From: a virus
Direction: 5' to 3' (one strand)
Virus record (IMG/VR): IMGVR_UViG_3300045988_113377
Coordinates: 1-64,000 of that record
DNA: 64,000 nt
Shown: positions 1 to 8,859 of the stretch, piece by piece
Position numbering within the stretch: position 1 is the first letter of the stretch
Layout: the number at the start of each line of letters is the position of its first letter
Translations under genes and position numbers: made by a program
Notes under the pieces: generated by a model
Told to the model about the DNA's origin: nothing
Database searches by the model: none
Seen by the model: the letters and a program-made list of their open reading frames with translations, nothing else

Positions 1-221
1 AACAGCGTTATGTAGGGTTTTCCCACAAAATTAAGACTTACAGTGCTTTAAAACAGCATAATGTGAGTTTATTCTACAAAATTCAATAGGTTGAGAGTTG
101 AAAACTATATTCTATAGATTAGTAGTAATCGGAATGTATAACAATTAAAACATAAACAACATGAACGTATATGACTTTGCACCTGACTTAGATTTGAGTA
201 AGGAGGTAGAAGGTTCTATTT

Positions 222-422
222 TTGGGGGTAAGAGGAATAGGAGGTAGTGATGGTATAGTATATGCTAAGGTAGTTAGCTGTGCAGAAGTTAAGGATTACA
301 GTTGTGAGGGGTGTATTTTTTATGATTGTTATAAGGATAAATGTTTGTTATCGCGTAGTGATAGTTGTATAGATGGAGACTGGATTTGTAGGTACGAACA
401 GGCTGCCATAGAGGGGAAGTAG
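222..422 (+). CDS. small Cys-rich hypothetical protein (66 aa)
   Basis: ORF preceded by GGAGG-like SD; seven Cys, mostly paired (CxxC), could bind metal. Confidence 0.35.
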   Translation: MGVRGIGGSDGIVYAKVVSCAEVKDYSCEGCIFYDCYKDKCLLSRSDSCIDGDWICRYEQAAIEGK

Positions 423-454
423 GCGGCGCCTTGGGCTAAGGCCTGCGGTTGTAG

Positions 455-490
455 GTGGAACGTAGGTCGGAGCAGAGCCGGAACAGTTTA
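455..490 (+). other. tRNA-fragment-like sequence (GTAGGTCGG...CCGG T-stem-like, non-canonical loop)
   Basis: shares the string gtaggtcgg...ccgg with the T-arm of the element at 611-735 but loop is agcagag instead of ttcgatt. Confidence 0.3.
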
Positions 491-610
491 TTGTGGAACT
501 AAAAAAAATAAAAAGGAGGAGATGGCGATATGAAAAAGGCATTTAAGATATTTTCTATTATGTTTGTCATAGAAATAGTGCTGATAGCTATTTTAGATGC
601 TATGGCGTAA

Positions 611-735
611 GTGAGAAAAATTTCTTCATTAATTTTCTTATGCTTTAGACAGAGTGCTCCCGTCTGCGAAGATCGGAGCACTTGCTTTATGGGATTCATG
701 GTGCGGTAGGTCGGTTCGATTCCGGCGATCTCACA
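611..735 (+). tRNA. tRNA-like element 1 (canonical T-arm GTCGG-TTCGATT-CCGGC; acceptor-like pairing GTGAGA/TCTCAC); non-canonical length 125 nt, may be intron-containing or degenerate
   Basis: GGTTCGATTCC T-loop motif at 713-723; 6-bp pairing 611-616 with 729-734; internal 9-bp hairpin 654-662/675-683; full cloverleaf could not be completed by hand. Confidence 0.35.
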
Positions 736-763
736 CAACATTAAAAACAAAGGAGGAAAGAAA

Positions 764-1111
764 ATGAAAGATGGTATTACATTACATCCAGAACACGGAT
801 TGAATCCGTCTATAGAAGTCTGCATGATATGTGGCGAAGAGATGGGGATTGCTTTATTAGGGAATAACATCAAAGGGCAGGCGCCGCATCATATATGTAC
901 GGGAGAAATATGTGACAATTGCAAAAAGATAATAGATGACGGAGGCTGTTTTATTATCGAAGTCGAGGATGGATCAGATCAAAAGAATCCGTATCGTACA
1001 GGGAGATATTGTGCGATAAAAAAAGAGGCAGCAAAGAAAATACTTGGACATGAACATAGTGTTGTGTACATGGAAAAGTCTGCATACAGTCAAATAATAC
1101 CACAAAAATAA
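764..1111 (+). CDS. hypothetical protein with CxxC...CxxC zinc-ribbon-like motifs (115 aa)
   Basis: strong SD AAAGGAGG 8 nt upstream of ATG; CMICGEE...CDNCKK cysteine pairs. Confidence 0.55.
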   Translation: MKDGITLHPEHGLNPSIEVCMICGEEMGIALLGNNIKGQAPHHICTGEICDNCKKIIDDGGCFIIEVEDGSDQKNPYRTGRYCAIKKEAAKKILGHEHSVVYMEKSAYSQIIPQK

Positions 1112-1119
1112 AGAAGAAT

Positions 1120-1434
1120 ATGTTTACAAAAGAAGAGCGATTATTCATATGGAAAAAGGTATATGAGATGATTGATAGGTTAGAGGATGGGGAATACATA
1201 TGTGTTGCGTTAAGAAATGTAGTGTTTATGTATTTCAAAACACATAAAAATATCTATGAGTTTCGTTCAGACGAAATGGTGAGAATATATTTCCCGGAAT
1301 TGGAGGAGAAGATAAGTATGGCCACAGAACCAGAGGAAACAAGAACGTTTTATGGGTGGTTTGGTTGTATTAGTCCAGAAACGAAGGAGGTAAGGCTGAA
1401 TATTGTGAAAGATATTATAAAAGAGTTAGAATAG
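1120..1434 (+). CDS. hypothetical protein (104 aa)
   Basis: ORF tightly following previous gene; no recognisable domain. Confidence 0.5.
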   Translation: MFTKEERLFIWKKVYEMIDRLEDGEYICVALRNVVFMYFKTHKNIYEFRSDEMVRIYFPELEEKISMATEPEETRTFYGWFGCISPETKEVRLNIVKDIIKELE

Positions 1435-1493
1435 TATTTTTGTTAATCTATTTTATTCATCAAATTAAGTTTTGGGTTTTGGCATGTCGGTTC

Positions 1494-1588
1494 GTGAGAA
1501 TAGGCATGTCTATTTGTGTATCATAGAGGGATGGCGCGGCGTGCCGGTATGTATGTGCCGGTCCTGGTTCGATTCTGGGCATCTCACA
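1494..1588 (+). tRNA. tRNA-like element 2 (T-arm CCTGG-TTCGATT-CTGGG; same acceptor pairing GTGAGA/TCTCAC as element 1); 95 nt, type-II-like length
   Basis: GGTTCGATTC motif 1566-1575; 6-bp pairing 1494-1499 with 1582-1587; upstream 1481-1500 carries a degenerate copy gtcggttcg-tgagaa of the element-1 T-arm; cloverleaf not completed by hand. Confidence 0.35.
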
Positions 1589-1607
1589 AACAATAAAACA
1601 TAATTAT

Positions 1608-1856
1608 ATGGAAGTAATAACATTCGGTCCGAACATGGATTTGTCTTCTAAAAAAACAGGAGATGTATTTAGATTAAAATTGTATGGTATAGAGTATGAT
1701 GTCAAAGTAGTTGGTGACGACGAAGATCCTCTTATGTTCTGCAAAGATTGTATATTTTTTAACAACTCCGAACGGTGTTCACTCTCAGAATCGCAAGACT
1801 GGTGCTTAAAAAAGCAAGTTGTTTACTGTAAAATAAGACATGATGGGGGAATTTAA
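1608..1856 (+). CDS. hypothetical protein (82 aa)
   Basis: ORF only. Confidence 0.45.
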   Translation: MEVITFGPNMDLSSKKTGDVFRLKLYGIEYDVKVVGDDEDPLMFCKDCIFFNNSERCSLSESQDWCLKKQVVYCKIRHDGGI

Positions 1857-2031
1857 TGCGAAAGACGCCAATTTCTTATGGCGTCAAATTGGTAGGATTG
1901 ATGGGGTGATAGAAACTCTGAACCGTACCGAAGGAGAGATGCCGGAAATTATAGCTGGAGTGCTAAAAAGAATAAGAGACGATATAGATAAGTTTGTAGA
2001 TAATAAAACGAAAGATTATGAGAATATATAA
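1840..2031 (+). CDS. hypothetical protein (63 aa)
   Basis: ORF, overlaps neighbours by a few nt in phage-typical fashion. Confidence 0.35.
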   Translation: MMGEFNAKDANFLWRQIGRIDGVIETLNRTEGEMPEIIAGVLKRIRDDIDKFVDNKTKDYENI

Positions 2032-2248
2032 AAATGATATTATAAAGGCGTCAGCAATAAGCACCGGCGCCGACAGAGGTGCGTTGCTGTGTTCGATAAC
2101 AGATTCAGGATCCACGTCTATAGCGGGCGTAATATCGGCTGTTAAAGATAAGTTACCAGGCAAAGATCATAAGAAGATGATTTTTGAAATACGGAATGAT
2201 GGAAGAAACGAATATGGCAGATATAATAATTGTGGAGGGGAAATATGA
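2018..2248 (+). CDS. hypothetical protein (76 aa)
   Basis: ORF only. Confidence 0.35.
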   Translation: MRIYKNDIIKASAISTGADRGALLCSITDSGSTSIAGVISAVKDKLPGKDHKKMIFEIRNDGRNEYGRYNNCGGEI

Positions 2249-2457
2249 AATACAGAGGTCTGTTGCTCCCTATGATATTAGCTGCAATGTGCGGAGATGA
2301 TGCCTTTGTGCTAAATACTAAAAGGGGAAAAGGAATGCAATCTACATATAGAAGAGAAAAGATTGTCAGAACAGAAAAAGAATTTGATATTAATGGTACT
2401 AAAGTAATGGCATACTCAAGAAAGGATGCTATTAAAAGATTAAAACATAAGAAGTAG
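2230..2457 (+). CDS. small protein with N-terminal signal-like hydrophobic segment (75 aa)
   Basis: MKYRGLLLPMILAAMCG hydrophobic N-terminus. Confidence 0.4.
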   Translation: MWRGNMKYRGLLLPMILAAMCGDDAFVLNTKRGKGMQSTYRREKIVRTEKEFDINGTKVMAYSRKDAIKRLKHKK

Positions 2458-2504
2458 AAAACGTATTTTTATGTTAATGTTAGTTTTTTCATTTTTATTG
2501 AAAG

Positions 2505-2545
2505 GAGCGCCGGCCTGTGAAGGTATGCGCTCTTTGTATTTATAT
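2505..2545 (+). terminator. rho-independent terminator (GAGCGC/GCGCTC stem, T-tract)
   Basis: 6-bp GC stem 2505-2510/2527-2532 followed by tttgtattta. Confidence 0.5.
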
Positions 2546-2566
2546 AATGCATAAAACAATAATAAG

Positions 2567-2821
2567 ATGACAGATAATAACATAGATGTGAATATCGTAC
2601 CTGTAAAGAATGGTGCGAAACGTGTTGTGGTATCATATTACCATTATTCACGCAAGGACAAAAATCACATGAGTTCCCAAACGGATTACGTTTGGGAAAC
2701 AAAGAATGAAGAAATGTTTAAATACTTTGAGGCCAGGAGGACAAAAGTATTTTATAGTCAGATTCGTGCCATGTGTAGATTCTATGGCAAGAAAAATGTA
2801 CGTAAATACAAAAAGCTATGA
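2567..2821 (+). CDS. hypothetical protein (84 aa)
   Basis: ORF only. Confidence 0.45.
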   Translation: MTDNNIDVNIVPVKNGAKRVVVSYYHYSRKDKNHMSSQTDYVWETKNEEMFKYFEARRTKVFYSQIRAMCRFYGKKNVRKYKKL

Positions 2822-3627
2822 TATTAAAAACGACAACCGACGAGTTTTGTTTCATTAACGTAAGTTTCTATGAAACAATAGCAGATCCTCGCTATTTCTT
2901 TGAACAAGATTATGAAGAGATGCCGGAATATGAGGAGGAATTAGATTTTGATTTTGATTCTTATCGCAATAAGTTTATTCCTTTTGTACAGGAATGGGCG
3001 AATAAGGTGGGCGAACGCCTTTATGAATATGGTGTGAATAACATAAAGGTAATATCGGTAGGACATCCAAAAGAATACAATTATGGTACTGATTGGATGA
3101 ATGTAGGGGTAGAGTTTTGTGATAAATGGAGGCAAAAGATGTTATCTAACATTGGTAAGATTGTTAATGATGATAAATGCAAGAAGTATGCGGAGGCTAA
3201 TTATCGGTCGGTATCAGGATACATCTTTTTAGGGCCTGAAGATTTAAAGGAATTTGAAAAGAAAATAATAGAAAGAAAGTCAGATTCGGGATATGATGTA
3301 ACAATATTATTAAATATGTATCTAACTTTGGCTTTTGTAAAAGAATTTGGATTTAAAGCCGGAGAAGCATGGAGTGAAATAACAGAATATGCTTACGGAT
3401 GTTTGTCGTATTCCGATTTTGCAACAACGGAAACGCTTATACCGGAAGGTTCGGAGTATTTATTCAATGATGTGCATACAGCAGAAGCCGACGAATTATA
3501 TCATCATGTCCTGGATAAATACGGATGGGCGTGGCGTGATCCGAAATATAAGTCAGAAACAGAATTATGCGCGATGCTAAAGTGGGCAAAAGAAAAAGGC
3601 TTGACCATTGAAGAGTTAAGTATTTAA
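2818..3627 (+). CDS. hypothetical protein (269 aa)
   Basis: long ORF, ATGA start overlap with upstream gene. Confidence 0.65.
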   Translation: MILKTTTDEFCFINVSFYETIADPRYFFEQDYEEMPEYEEELDFDFDSYRNKFIPFVQEWANKVGERLYEYGVNNIKVISVGHPKEYNYGTDWMNVGVEFCDKWRQKMLSNIGKIVNDDKCKKYAEANYRSVSGYIFLGPEDLKEFEKKIIERKSDSGYDVTILLNMYLTLAFVKEFGFKAGEAWSEITEYAYGCLSYSDFATTETLIPEGSEYLFNDVHTAEADELYHHVLDKYGWAWRDPKYKSETELCAMLKWAKEKGLTIEELSI

Positions 3628-3639
3628 TTGTTAAACATA
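3619..3639 (+). promoter_or_regulatory. copy 1 of 21-nt exact repeat AGTATTTAATTGTTAAACATA (second copy at 52689-52709)
   Basis: 21/21 identity between two loci 49 kb apart; overlaps stop codon of 2818..3627 and precedes a hairpin and the next gene. Confidence 0.45.
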
Positions 3640-3654
3640 AGGCAGTAGTGGTGC

Positions 3655-3939
3655 GTGAGTATAGGTGCTGCCGTTAAAATATTTTATAAGATGAAAAAAG
3701 AAGAGATTCAAACTATTTTATACACAATCAAAGAAGGAGACAGTATTAAAATCAAAGTACAAGACAAAAGTGAAGAGATAAGATTGCGGGATCATGTAAG
3801 AAGAACGCAGAAATACGGATACAGGTTTTGTTTGTCTCATTTACATGATGGAATTTTCTATCTGGAGAAGTTGGAGGAAGGGGATAAGGATAAATACTAT
3901 AGAGTAATAAACAGAGGAAATGGAAAGACCGGAGTATAA
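3655..3939 (+). CDS. hypothetical protein (true start probably ATG at 3691, MKKEEIQ...)
   Basis: ORF; internal ATG with A-rich leader more plausible than GTG at 3655. Confidence 0.45.
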   Translation: MSIGAAVKIFYKMKKEEIQTILYTIKEGDSIKIKVQDKSEEIRLRDHVRRTQKYGYRFCLSHLHDGIFYLEKLEEGDKDKYYRVINRGNGKTGV

Positions 3940-4213
3940 TAAGCTACGCAAAATGGCTAAGACTACTCCAGGTCTGATAGTGGACGAGGCGCAAAACATG
4001 ATGCGTGTATCGCTATACGATAATGGGGAACTTAAGAAGGTGGTAGTAGTAATGAAATGTGATTCTTTTTTACAGTCAAAAAGTAACATAGAAAAGATAA
4101 TGTTATTATCATCTTCTATAGAAGATAGAAAAAACAAAGAAAAAAATAAAACAAAATCAGAAAATGAACAGAATAACAAAAATAAGAGAAGAAATAGGAG
4201 GAAAACAGGTTGA
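3920..4213 (+). CDS. lysine-rich low-complexity hypothetical protein (97 aa)
   Basis: ORF; KNKEKNKTKSENEQNNKNKRRNRRK tail. Confidence 0.3.
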   Translation: MERPEYNKLRKMAKTTPGLIVDEAQNMMRVSLYDNGELKKVVVVMKCDSFLQSKSNIEKIMLLSSSIEDRKNKEKNKTKSENEQNNKNKRRNRRKTG

Positions 4214-4547
4214 TTTGACCTTTTACGGGCGGTTTTGCAGCCTTATCGAAGGTGATAGAAAGATAATACTAAGGGCGATAAAAAACGGTCGTAAAAAAGG
4301 CGTAATCGGAGCCATTCAGCCTGGGAGACATGATAGAATTTGGACCACATGGTCTATTGCTTTTAACGATCTGAAGGTAGGGGATACGGTAGAGTTCAGT
4401 ACATCTGGAAAATACAATCCCGGATTTCATGCTACGGAAAAGTATGTAGGGTGTGTAAAATGGATAAAAGGATCGGAATGTGCGATAAAAACCGGCAATG
4501 GAATGGCGGTAGTATTAATTAAACACGTGGAAAGGGTGGTAAAATGA
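4164..4547 (+). CDS. hypothetical protein (127 aa)
   Basis: ORF, ATGA overlap with next gene. Confidence 0.5.
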   Translation: MNRITKIREEIGGKQVDLTFYGRFCSLIEGDRKIILRAIKNGRKKGVIGAIQPGRHDRIWTTWSIAFNDLKVGDTVEFSTSGKYNPGFHATEKYVGCVKWIKGSECAIKTGNGMAVVLIKHVERVVK

Positions 4548-4828
4548 TGGATTTAAGAATGTTTATAGACCTATTTCAGGAGATTGAGGTAGAGAACTTG
4601 TTTAAAGCGTTAGATTTATGTATGGAATATGCAAGATTAGATTTACATGTGTTTAATATAGGAGCTCATGTAACATGTTCATACAGTAATGATCTTGAAT
4701 CGCTTTCACAGGTAGAAGGTTGTAATGTGAATATGATAATAGAGGTGCCTCGCTTATTCGAAGCATTCATGGAATACGCTTCACCGGAAATGAAGTTGTA
4801 TTACGAAAAACTAACAGAGACAGTATAA
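4544..4828 (+). CDS. hypothetical protein (94 aa)
   Basis: ORF only. Confidence 0.5.
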   Translation: MMDLRMFIDLFQEIEVENLFKALDLCMEYARLDLHVFNIGAHVTCSYSNDLESLSQVEGCNVNMIIEVPRLFEAFMEYASPEMKLYYEKLTETV

Positions 4829-4829
4829 T

Positions 4830-5303
4830 ATGAAAGAGGAAGTAGAACGGATAAAGAAGTTGGTTGGCATAGATCATGATAGATGGGAGCAACCTTGTAC
4901 ATGTGATAAATGTAAGAATATGTGTAAGGTTCCTTGTATTGGTACGCCAAAAGACATAGAGGCTATTATAGATGCCGGATACGCTGACAGGTTAAAAGAA
5001 ACAATGTGGATGGTAGGGTATCTTGCAGTGAAAGAAAAACCAATAGCGATGATCCAGCCAACAGAGAAAGACGGGTGGTGCGCATTCCGCCGGCCGGACG
5101 GTCTCTGCGAGCTGCATGACCGAGGACTAAAGCCGACTGAAGGAGTTCTGGCTTCTTGTAAGGTGGTTGAAGAAGACAATGTCCCAACATATGAAACGTC
5201 TGTACTTAGAGCAGTAGCTCATGAGTGGGTTAAGGTGGAGAACTTCGCAACTATAATGAGGGTCGTTTTTAAATTTTTGCATGAAAATGAACGTGGAAAA
5301 TAA
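4830..5303 (+). CDS. Cys-cluster protein (CTCDKCKNMCKVPC), possible Zn/Fe-binding (157 aa)
   Basis: CxCxxCxxxCxxxC cluster near N-terminus. Confidence 0.5.
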   Translation: MKEEVERIKKLVGIDHDRWEQPCTCDKCKNMCKVPCIGTPKDIEAIIDAGYADRLKETMWMVGYLAVKEKPIAMIQPTEKDGWCAFRRPDGLCELHDRGLKPTEGVLASCKVVEEDNVPTYETSVLRAVAHEWVKVENFATIMRVVFKFLHENERGK

Positions 5304-5691
5304 ATTAGACAAAGTGGTTAATATCCTAAAAGAAAAAGGATTTGTAGTATATAGAAAGGGCGGGAAGGAGCCAGGTGTGTTTTACGCTAAAGAAGGTGAC
5401 AGCCGAATAGGATTCGTTTATCCCAACAACGGATATATATACGACAGGATAAAAATGTGGTCTTTTTCAAGGATATATAAACCGCATAAGAAAACAGGGT
5501 CTTCGTGTTTAATGTGTGTCAGCGACGAATTTACGATAGAGAATGCGATTAAGAACATAGAGGATAGACTGTGGGTGAATTGTATAAAAGATGGTAACAG
5601 AAAACGACCAGAAGAATATAAAAATATAAGAGAATTTGTTGGTAGCTTCACTAAATTCTACAGCTCTGTAGAATTAGTTGAGGTTAAGTAG
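5281..5691 (+). CDS. hypothetical protein (136 aa)
   Basis: ORF only. Confidence 0.5.
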   Translation: MKMNVENKLDKVVNILKEKGFVVYRKGGKEPGVFYAKEGDSRIGFVYPNNGYIYDRIKMWSFSRIYKPHKKTGSSCLMCVSDEFTIENAIKNIEDRLWVNCIKDGNRKRPEEYKNIREFVGSFTKFYSSVELVEVK

Positions 5692-5768
5692 TTTTCCATG
5701 CGAGTTAGTTGCCGGCAATGGTCTGCGAAGATAGGTGCCGTTTTTTTATTCAAGAAAGGAGGACAAAG

Positions 5769-6020
5769 ATGGAGAAAAGAGACAAGAAGATACCTTACGA
5801 GGTAGTCATACAGGAAAGAAAAAGAGTGGATTTGTACGGTAACGTAGTGTATTATATCCATTGGTTTGATAAATATGGGTACAATATCACAAACGAATGG
5901 AAATTCTGGAGCAAGGGTCCGAAAAAGAAATACGATAGAGTTAATCGTTATCTAACGGATAGTTGGTTGAAGGAATACTGTGGGAATAACGATTTAAAGA
6001 TAAGGAGAATAAAGGAATGA
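5769..6020 (+). CDS. hypothetical protein (start at ATG 5769 preceded by AAGGAGG; ORF track begins 5709)
   Basis: SD AAAGGAGGA 7 nt upstream of internal ATG (MEKRDKK...). Confidence 0.5.
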   Translation: MEKRDKKIPYEVVIQERKRVDLYGNVVYYIHWFDKYGYNITNEWKFWSKGPKKKYDRVNRYLTDSWLKEYCGNNDLKIRRIKE

Positions 6021-6532
6021 AAAAGATAAAAGTAGACAAAGTGATATTATATTACATGGATCGGGTAGACCCTGACGGGAACCCATACCGGTTCTATGTA
6101 TATAAAGACATGGCATCTGAAATAGAATACTTTTGCACGGAAGAGACAGGTAATATGACTATACCAATCGGAGAAGGAGAGTATGTCGAGATCGTACCAA
6201 AAAAAATAGAGAAAATACCGGTAAGGGGATATAGGAAGCTTACTGGAATATGGAATCGTGAAACATGTAACGGGAAGGGATGGTATAGGCTTTTTAATTA
6301 TTTCAAATACAAGCCGACCCTATGTTATTTTAAAAAAGCGGGACATGATGAAAATGGGAACACAAGATACGAAATATCATTATTTAATAACATTATAAAT
6401 GTGACAAGGTATTTCAATCTGTGGAGAATGAAGCCAGGAAAGTATGTTATGGTAACAAACGAGTGTGGTGCCTTGGATGTTATAAAAGAAAAATTCGATA
6501 ACATAAATATAGTGGAATATGGATCTGAATGA
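6017..6532 (+). CDS. hypothetical protein (171 aa)
   Basis: ORF, ATGA overlap. Confidence 0.55.
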   Translation: MKKIKVDKVILYYMDRVDPDGNPYRFYVYKDMASEIEYFCTEETGNMTIPIGEGEYVEIVPKKIEKIPVRGYRKLTGIWNRETCNGKGWYRLFNYFKYKPTLCYFKKAGHDENGNTRYEISLFNNIINVTRYFNLWRMKPGKYVMVTNECGALDVIKEKFDNINIVEYGSE

Positions 6533-6887
6533 ATTGTACAAAGAAATAGAAAAAGCAGAGGTTGATCTGAATGCAAAAAGATTAAAGTACATCAAAGAGG
6601 CATTAGTGGAGAACGGTGGAAGTATAAAGCTAAAATTCAAAGAATTTAAAGAGTTTAAAGAAACTAATGATGCGTTTGACTTCGATGATCAGTTTCCGGT
6701 GATAATAGAAATTGCTGGGATTCCTATGTATTTAACGGAAGTGTATGTCAAAAAAAACGATTTTCGTATAGTTCTGCTGGATTATGATGATATGACTTTA
6801 GGTGATTATGATAATACAGGGGAAAATGAACAGGTTGCTTATTTTATTAACTATTGTTTAAATCAAGACAAAGATGGGAAAGAGTAG
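6519..6887 (+). CDS. hypothetical acidic protein (122 aa)
   Basis: ORF only. Confidence 0.5.
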   Translation: MDLNELYKEIEKAEVDLNAKRLKYIKEALVENGGSIKLKFKEFKEFKETNDAFDFDDQFPVIIEIAGIPMYLTEVYVKKNDFRIVLLDYDDMTLGDYDNTGENEQVAYFINYCLNQDKDGKE

Positions 6888-7062
6888 AAAAGATTATGAG
6901 AAGTTTCTTAACTCCATATCTCCAGATAGAGACGATGAAACATGGATCATTGGAGGAAAGAACAGGTATTGCGGTAGAGAGAATTACGGCACTATGATCA
7001 AAAGGTATGATCCTATTGGTTTTAACGTAGGGTACAGGGAGTGGGCAGAACAGCCAGGGTAA
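6874..7062 (+). CDS. hypothetical protein (62 aa)
   Basis: ORF only. Confidence 0.35.
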   Translation: MGKSRKDYEKFLNSISPDRDDETWIIGGKNRYCGRENYGTMIKRYDPIGFNVGYREWAEQPG

Positions 7063-7088
7063 GGTGGAGCCTGCCCTGCCATGAGGTC

Positions 7089-7120
7089 GGCCTGGCTGTC
7101 TGTGGCCAGGGTCGTATATT
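7089..7120 (+). terminator. GC-rich hairpin (CCTGGC/GCCAGG), likely transcription-unit boundary
   Basis: 7091-7096 pairs 7105-7110; preceded by second GC-rich hairpin 7040-7075; unusual GC-rich patch in AT-rich genome. Confidence 0.4.
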
Positions 7121-7193
7121 AGTCAGATAGTGAACAATGAAAACGATACAAATATTATGAATTTAGGCAATCATATACCTAAAATAATAGTTT

Positions 7194-7508
7194 ATGACAT
7201 TCAAAGAATTTATGAAAGAAGTAGGCTATGATCTGATGACTACCTTTTGGGAAGATTTCAGCATAGCTGATAAGTATGGTATAGCAGGTGTCAAAGATAC
7301 CTACAAACGTGCGTTTGATGAATGGAAAGGTAATTATAAGTTCTTCACAGAATTGGTGATTGTGTTGAATCATAAAATATGGCAACATTATGAAAGCAAT
7401 CGCAAACTGGCTGCATTGTATGACCGGTTATGGCAAGAAGCTGATGAGTATGCCATGAACAACTTTAAGGGAGAAGAACTTGATTATTATTACAGAGTAA
7501 CAGATTAG
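7194..7508 (+). CDS. hypothetical protein (104 aa)
   Basis: ORF only. Confidence 0.5.
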   Translation: MTFKEFMKEVGYDLMTTFWEDFSIADKYGIAGVKDTYKRAFDEWKGNYKFFTELVIVLNHKIWQHYESNRKLAALYDRLWQEADEYAMNNFKGEELDYYYRVTD

Positions 7509-7511
7509 AAA

Positions 7512-7970
7512 GTGATTATGAAAAATACGATAGTAACAGGCAGCCTAATTGTATTCAGTGACGGATTTGTTTGGAAAAGATTGTCCAACGAAAAAGCCTA
7601 CAAGATATGGGTGTCGGCAGAAAATGAAGATTTTGAGTTATACAAGGTGAGAGTAGATGATGAGTCCGAGTCATTGATAGAAAGTTTGGAAGATTTACAG
7701 GATGCCTTTAAACAGGGTCATTATGTATGTATAGAAGTAGGTAAGCTACCATATAGCATAGGTTTGAATTACTTACGAAATCTACAAGAGTTATCGGTGG
7801 AAGCTGTGGATTATCTATCAGGACTAAAAGAATGTAGCAGGGAAGAGGCATTTAACATCATTCAAAAGTGGGCTAAAGAGTTTACGGAAAAATATGAAAA
7901 TTATGATTTTAATGGTTCATACTATGATGTAATAGATGCATTTATTGATGAGAAGTTAAAAACTATTTAA
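7512..7970 (+). CDS. hypothetical protein (152 aa)
   Basis: ORF only. Confidence 0.5.
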   Translation: MIMKNTIVTGSLIVFSDGFVWKRLSNEKAYKIWVSAENEDFELYKVRVDDESESLIESLEDLQDAFKQGHYVCIEVGKLPYSIGLNYLRNLQELSVEAVDYLSGLKECSREEAFNIIQKWAKEFTEKYENYDFNGSYYDVIDAFIDEKLKTI

Positions 7971-7981
7971 AATACAAAGAC

Positions 7982-8791
7982 ATGGAAGACGATCTTATTA
8001 CAACAAAAGAAGTAGGCGATTATCGCATTAAAGTGTATTATTGCCGTGATTCAGAACGCCCTATAACTAATTGGGGTTTGTTTGGGTCATTCTTTTTTGA
8101 ATACTCTGATATGCATCAATTGCATGATGAATGCAATTGGAAAACTTTCTTCTACGATAACAAGCATGATCTTAGAGATGTTATTGATGCTATTGTAATG
8201 AAGCATATAGAACAGAAAGACATTGTAAAATATTTAAAGAAAGGGGAAGCGAATGGGATCTCATTCACATACAACAGAGGTGGCAATGTATGGGAGTTGA
8301 AGCATAAGACAAGTCCATATATAGGTCAAGAGTTTTTTCCAAGTGATTTGACGGACTTTGATTGCAGAGGAGAATTAATAGAGGATCTGGATGATGAAGA
8401 CCTGTTAGATATCATATCCAAATATGGAAAAGACGTGGTGGCTATAGAGTGGTCAACAAGGGGTTATAGTCAAGGTGATTATATAAAAGGAATAGCATAC
8501 GTTACAAAAGAAAAATATGATAATGAAGTCTGCGATAAAGAAGGAGACTGGAAAGAAGATTGTGCCAAAATTATAAATAATGAAGTAAAGTCCATAGGTA
8601 TGTGGATGTGGGGAGATATAAAAGGGTACGTTCTTGAAAAGAAGGTAGCATTTACCAAGAAATACAAAGACGAATCAAGAGAGGATGAAGATTGCGAAGA
8701 ATGGGAAGAGGTTGATTCTTGCTGGGGATGTTACGAGGAGACAGATGAATTGATAAAGGAAGTCATGATAGAGAATGGCTTAGAAGAATAG
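7982..8791 (+). CDS. acidic hypothetical protein (269 aa, DE-rich C-terminus)
   Basis: ORF; many Asp/Glu runs. Confidence 0.55.
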   Translation: MEDDLITTKEVGDYRIKVYYCRDSERPITNWGLFGSFFFEYSDMHQLHDECNWKTFFYDNKHDLRDVIDAIVMKHIEQKDIVKYLKKGEANGISFTYNRGGNVWELKHKTSPYIGQEFFPSDLTDFDCRGELIEDLDDEDLLDIISKYGKDVVAIEWSTRGYSQGDYIKGIAYVTKEKYDNEVCDKEGDWKEDCAKIINNEVKSIGMWMWGDIKGYVLEKKVAFTKKYKDESREDEDCEEWEEVDSCWGCYEETDELIKEVMIENGLEE

Positions 8792-8859
8792 GTTGTGTAT
8801 GCTGATGCCATGAGTGATTTTATCCAGAAATTATATAACTACATTTAATAACATATCTT

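Noticed and set aside
611-1588. Calling the tRNA-like elements bona fide tRNAs with isotype
   Set aside because: D-arm and anticodon arm could not be assigned by hand, and the lengths are atypical. Kept as low-confidence tRNA-like features pending tRNAscan-SE or ARAGORN.
4874-5312. Minus-strand ORFs of 61-101 aa
   Set aside because: Embedded antisense in the plus-strand genes 4830..5303 and 5281..5691 within a uniformly plus-strand block.
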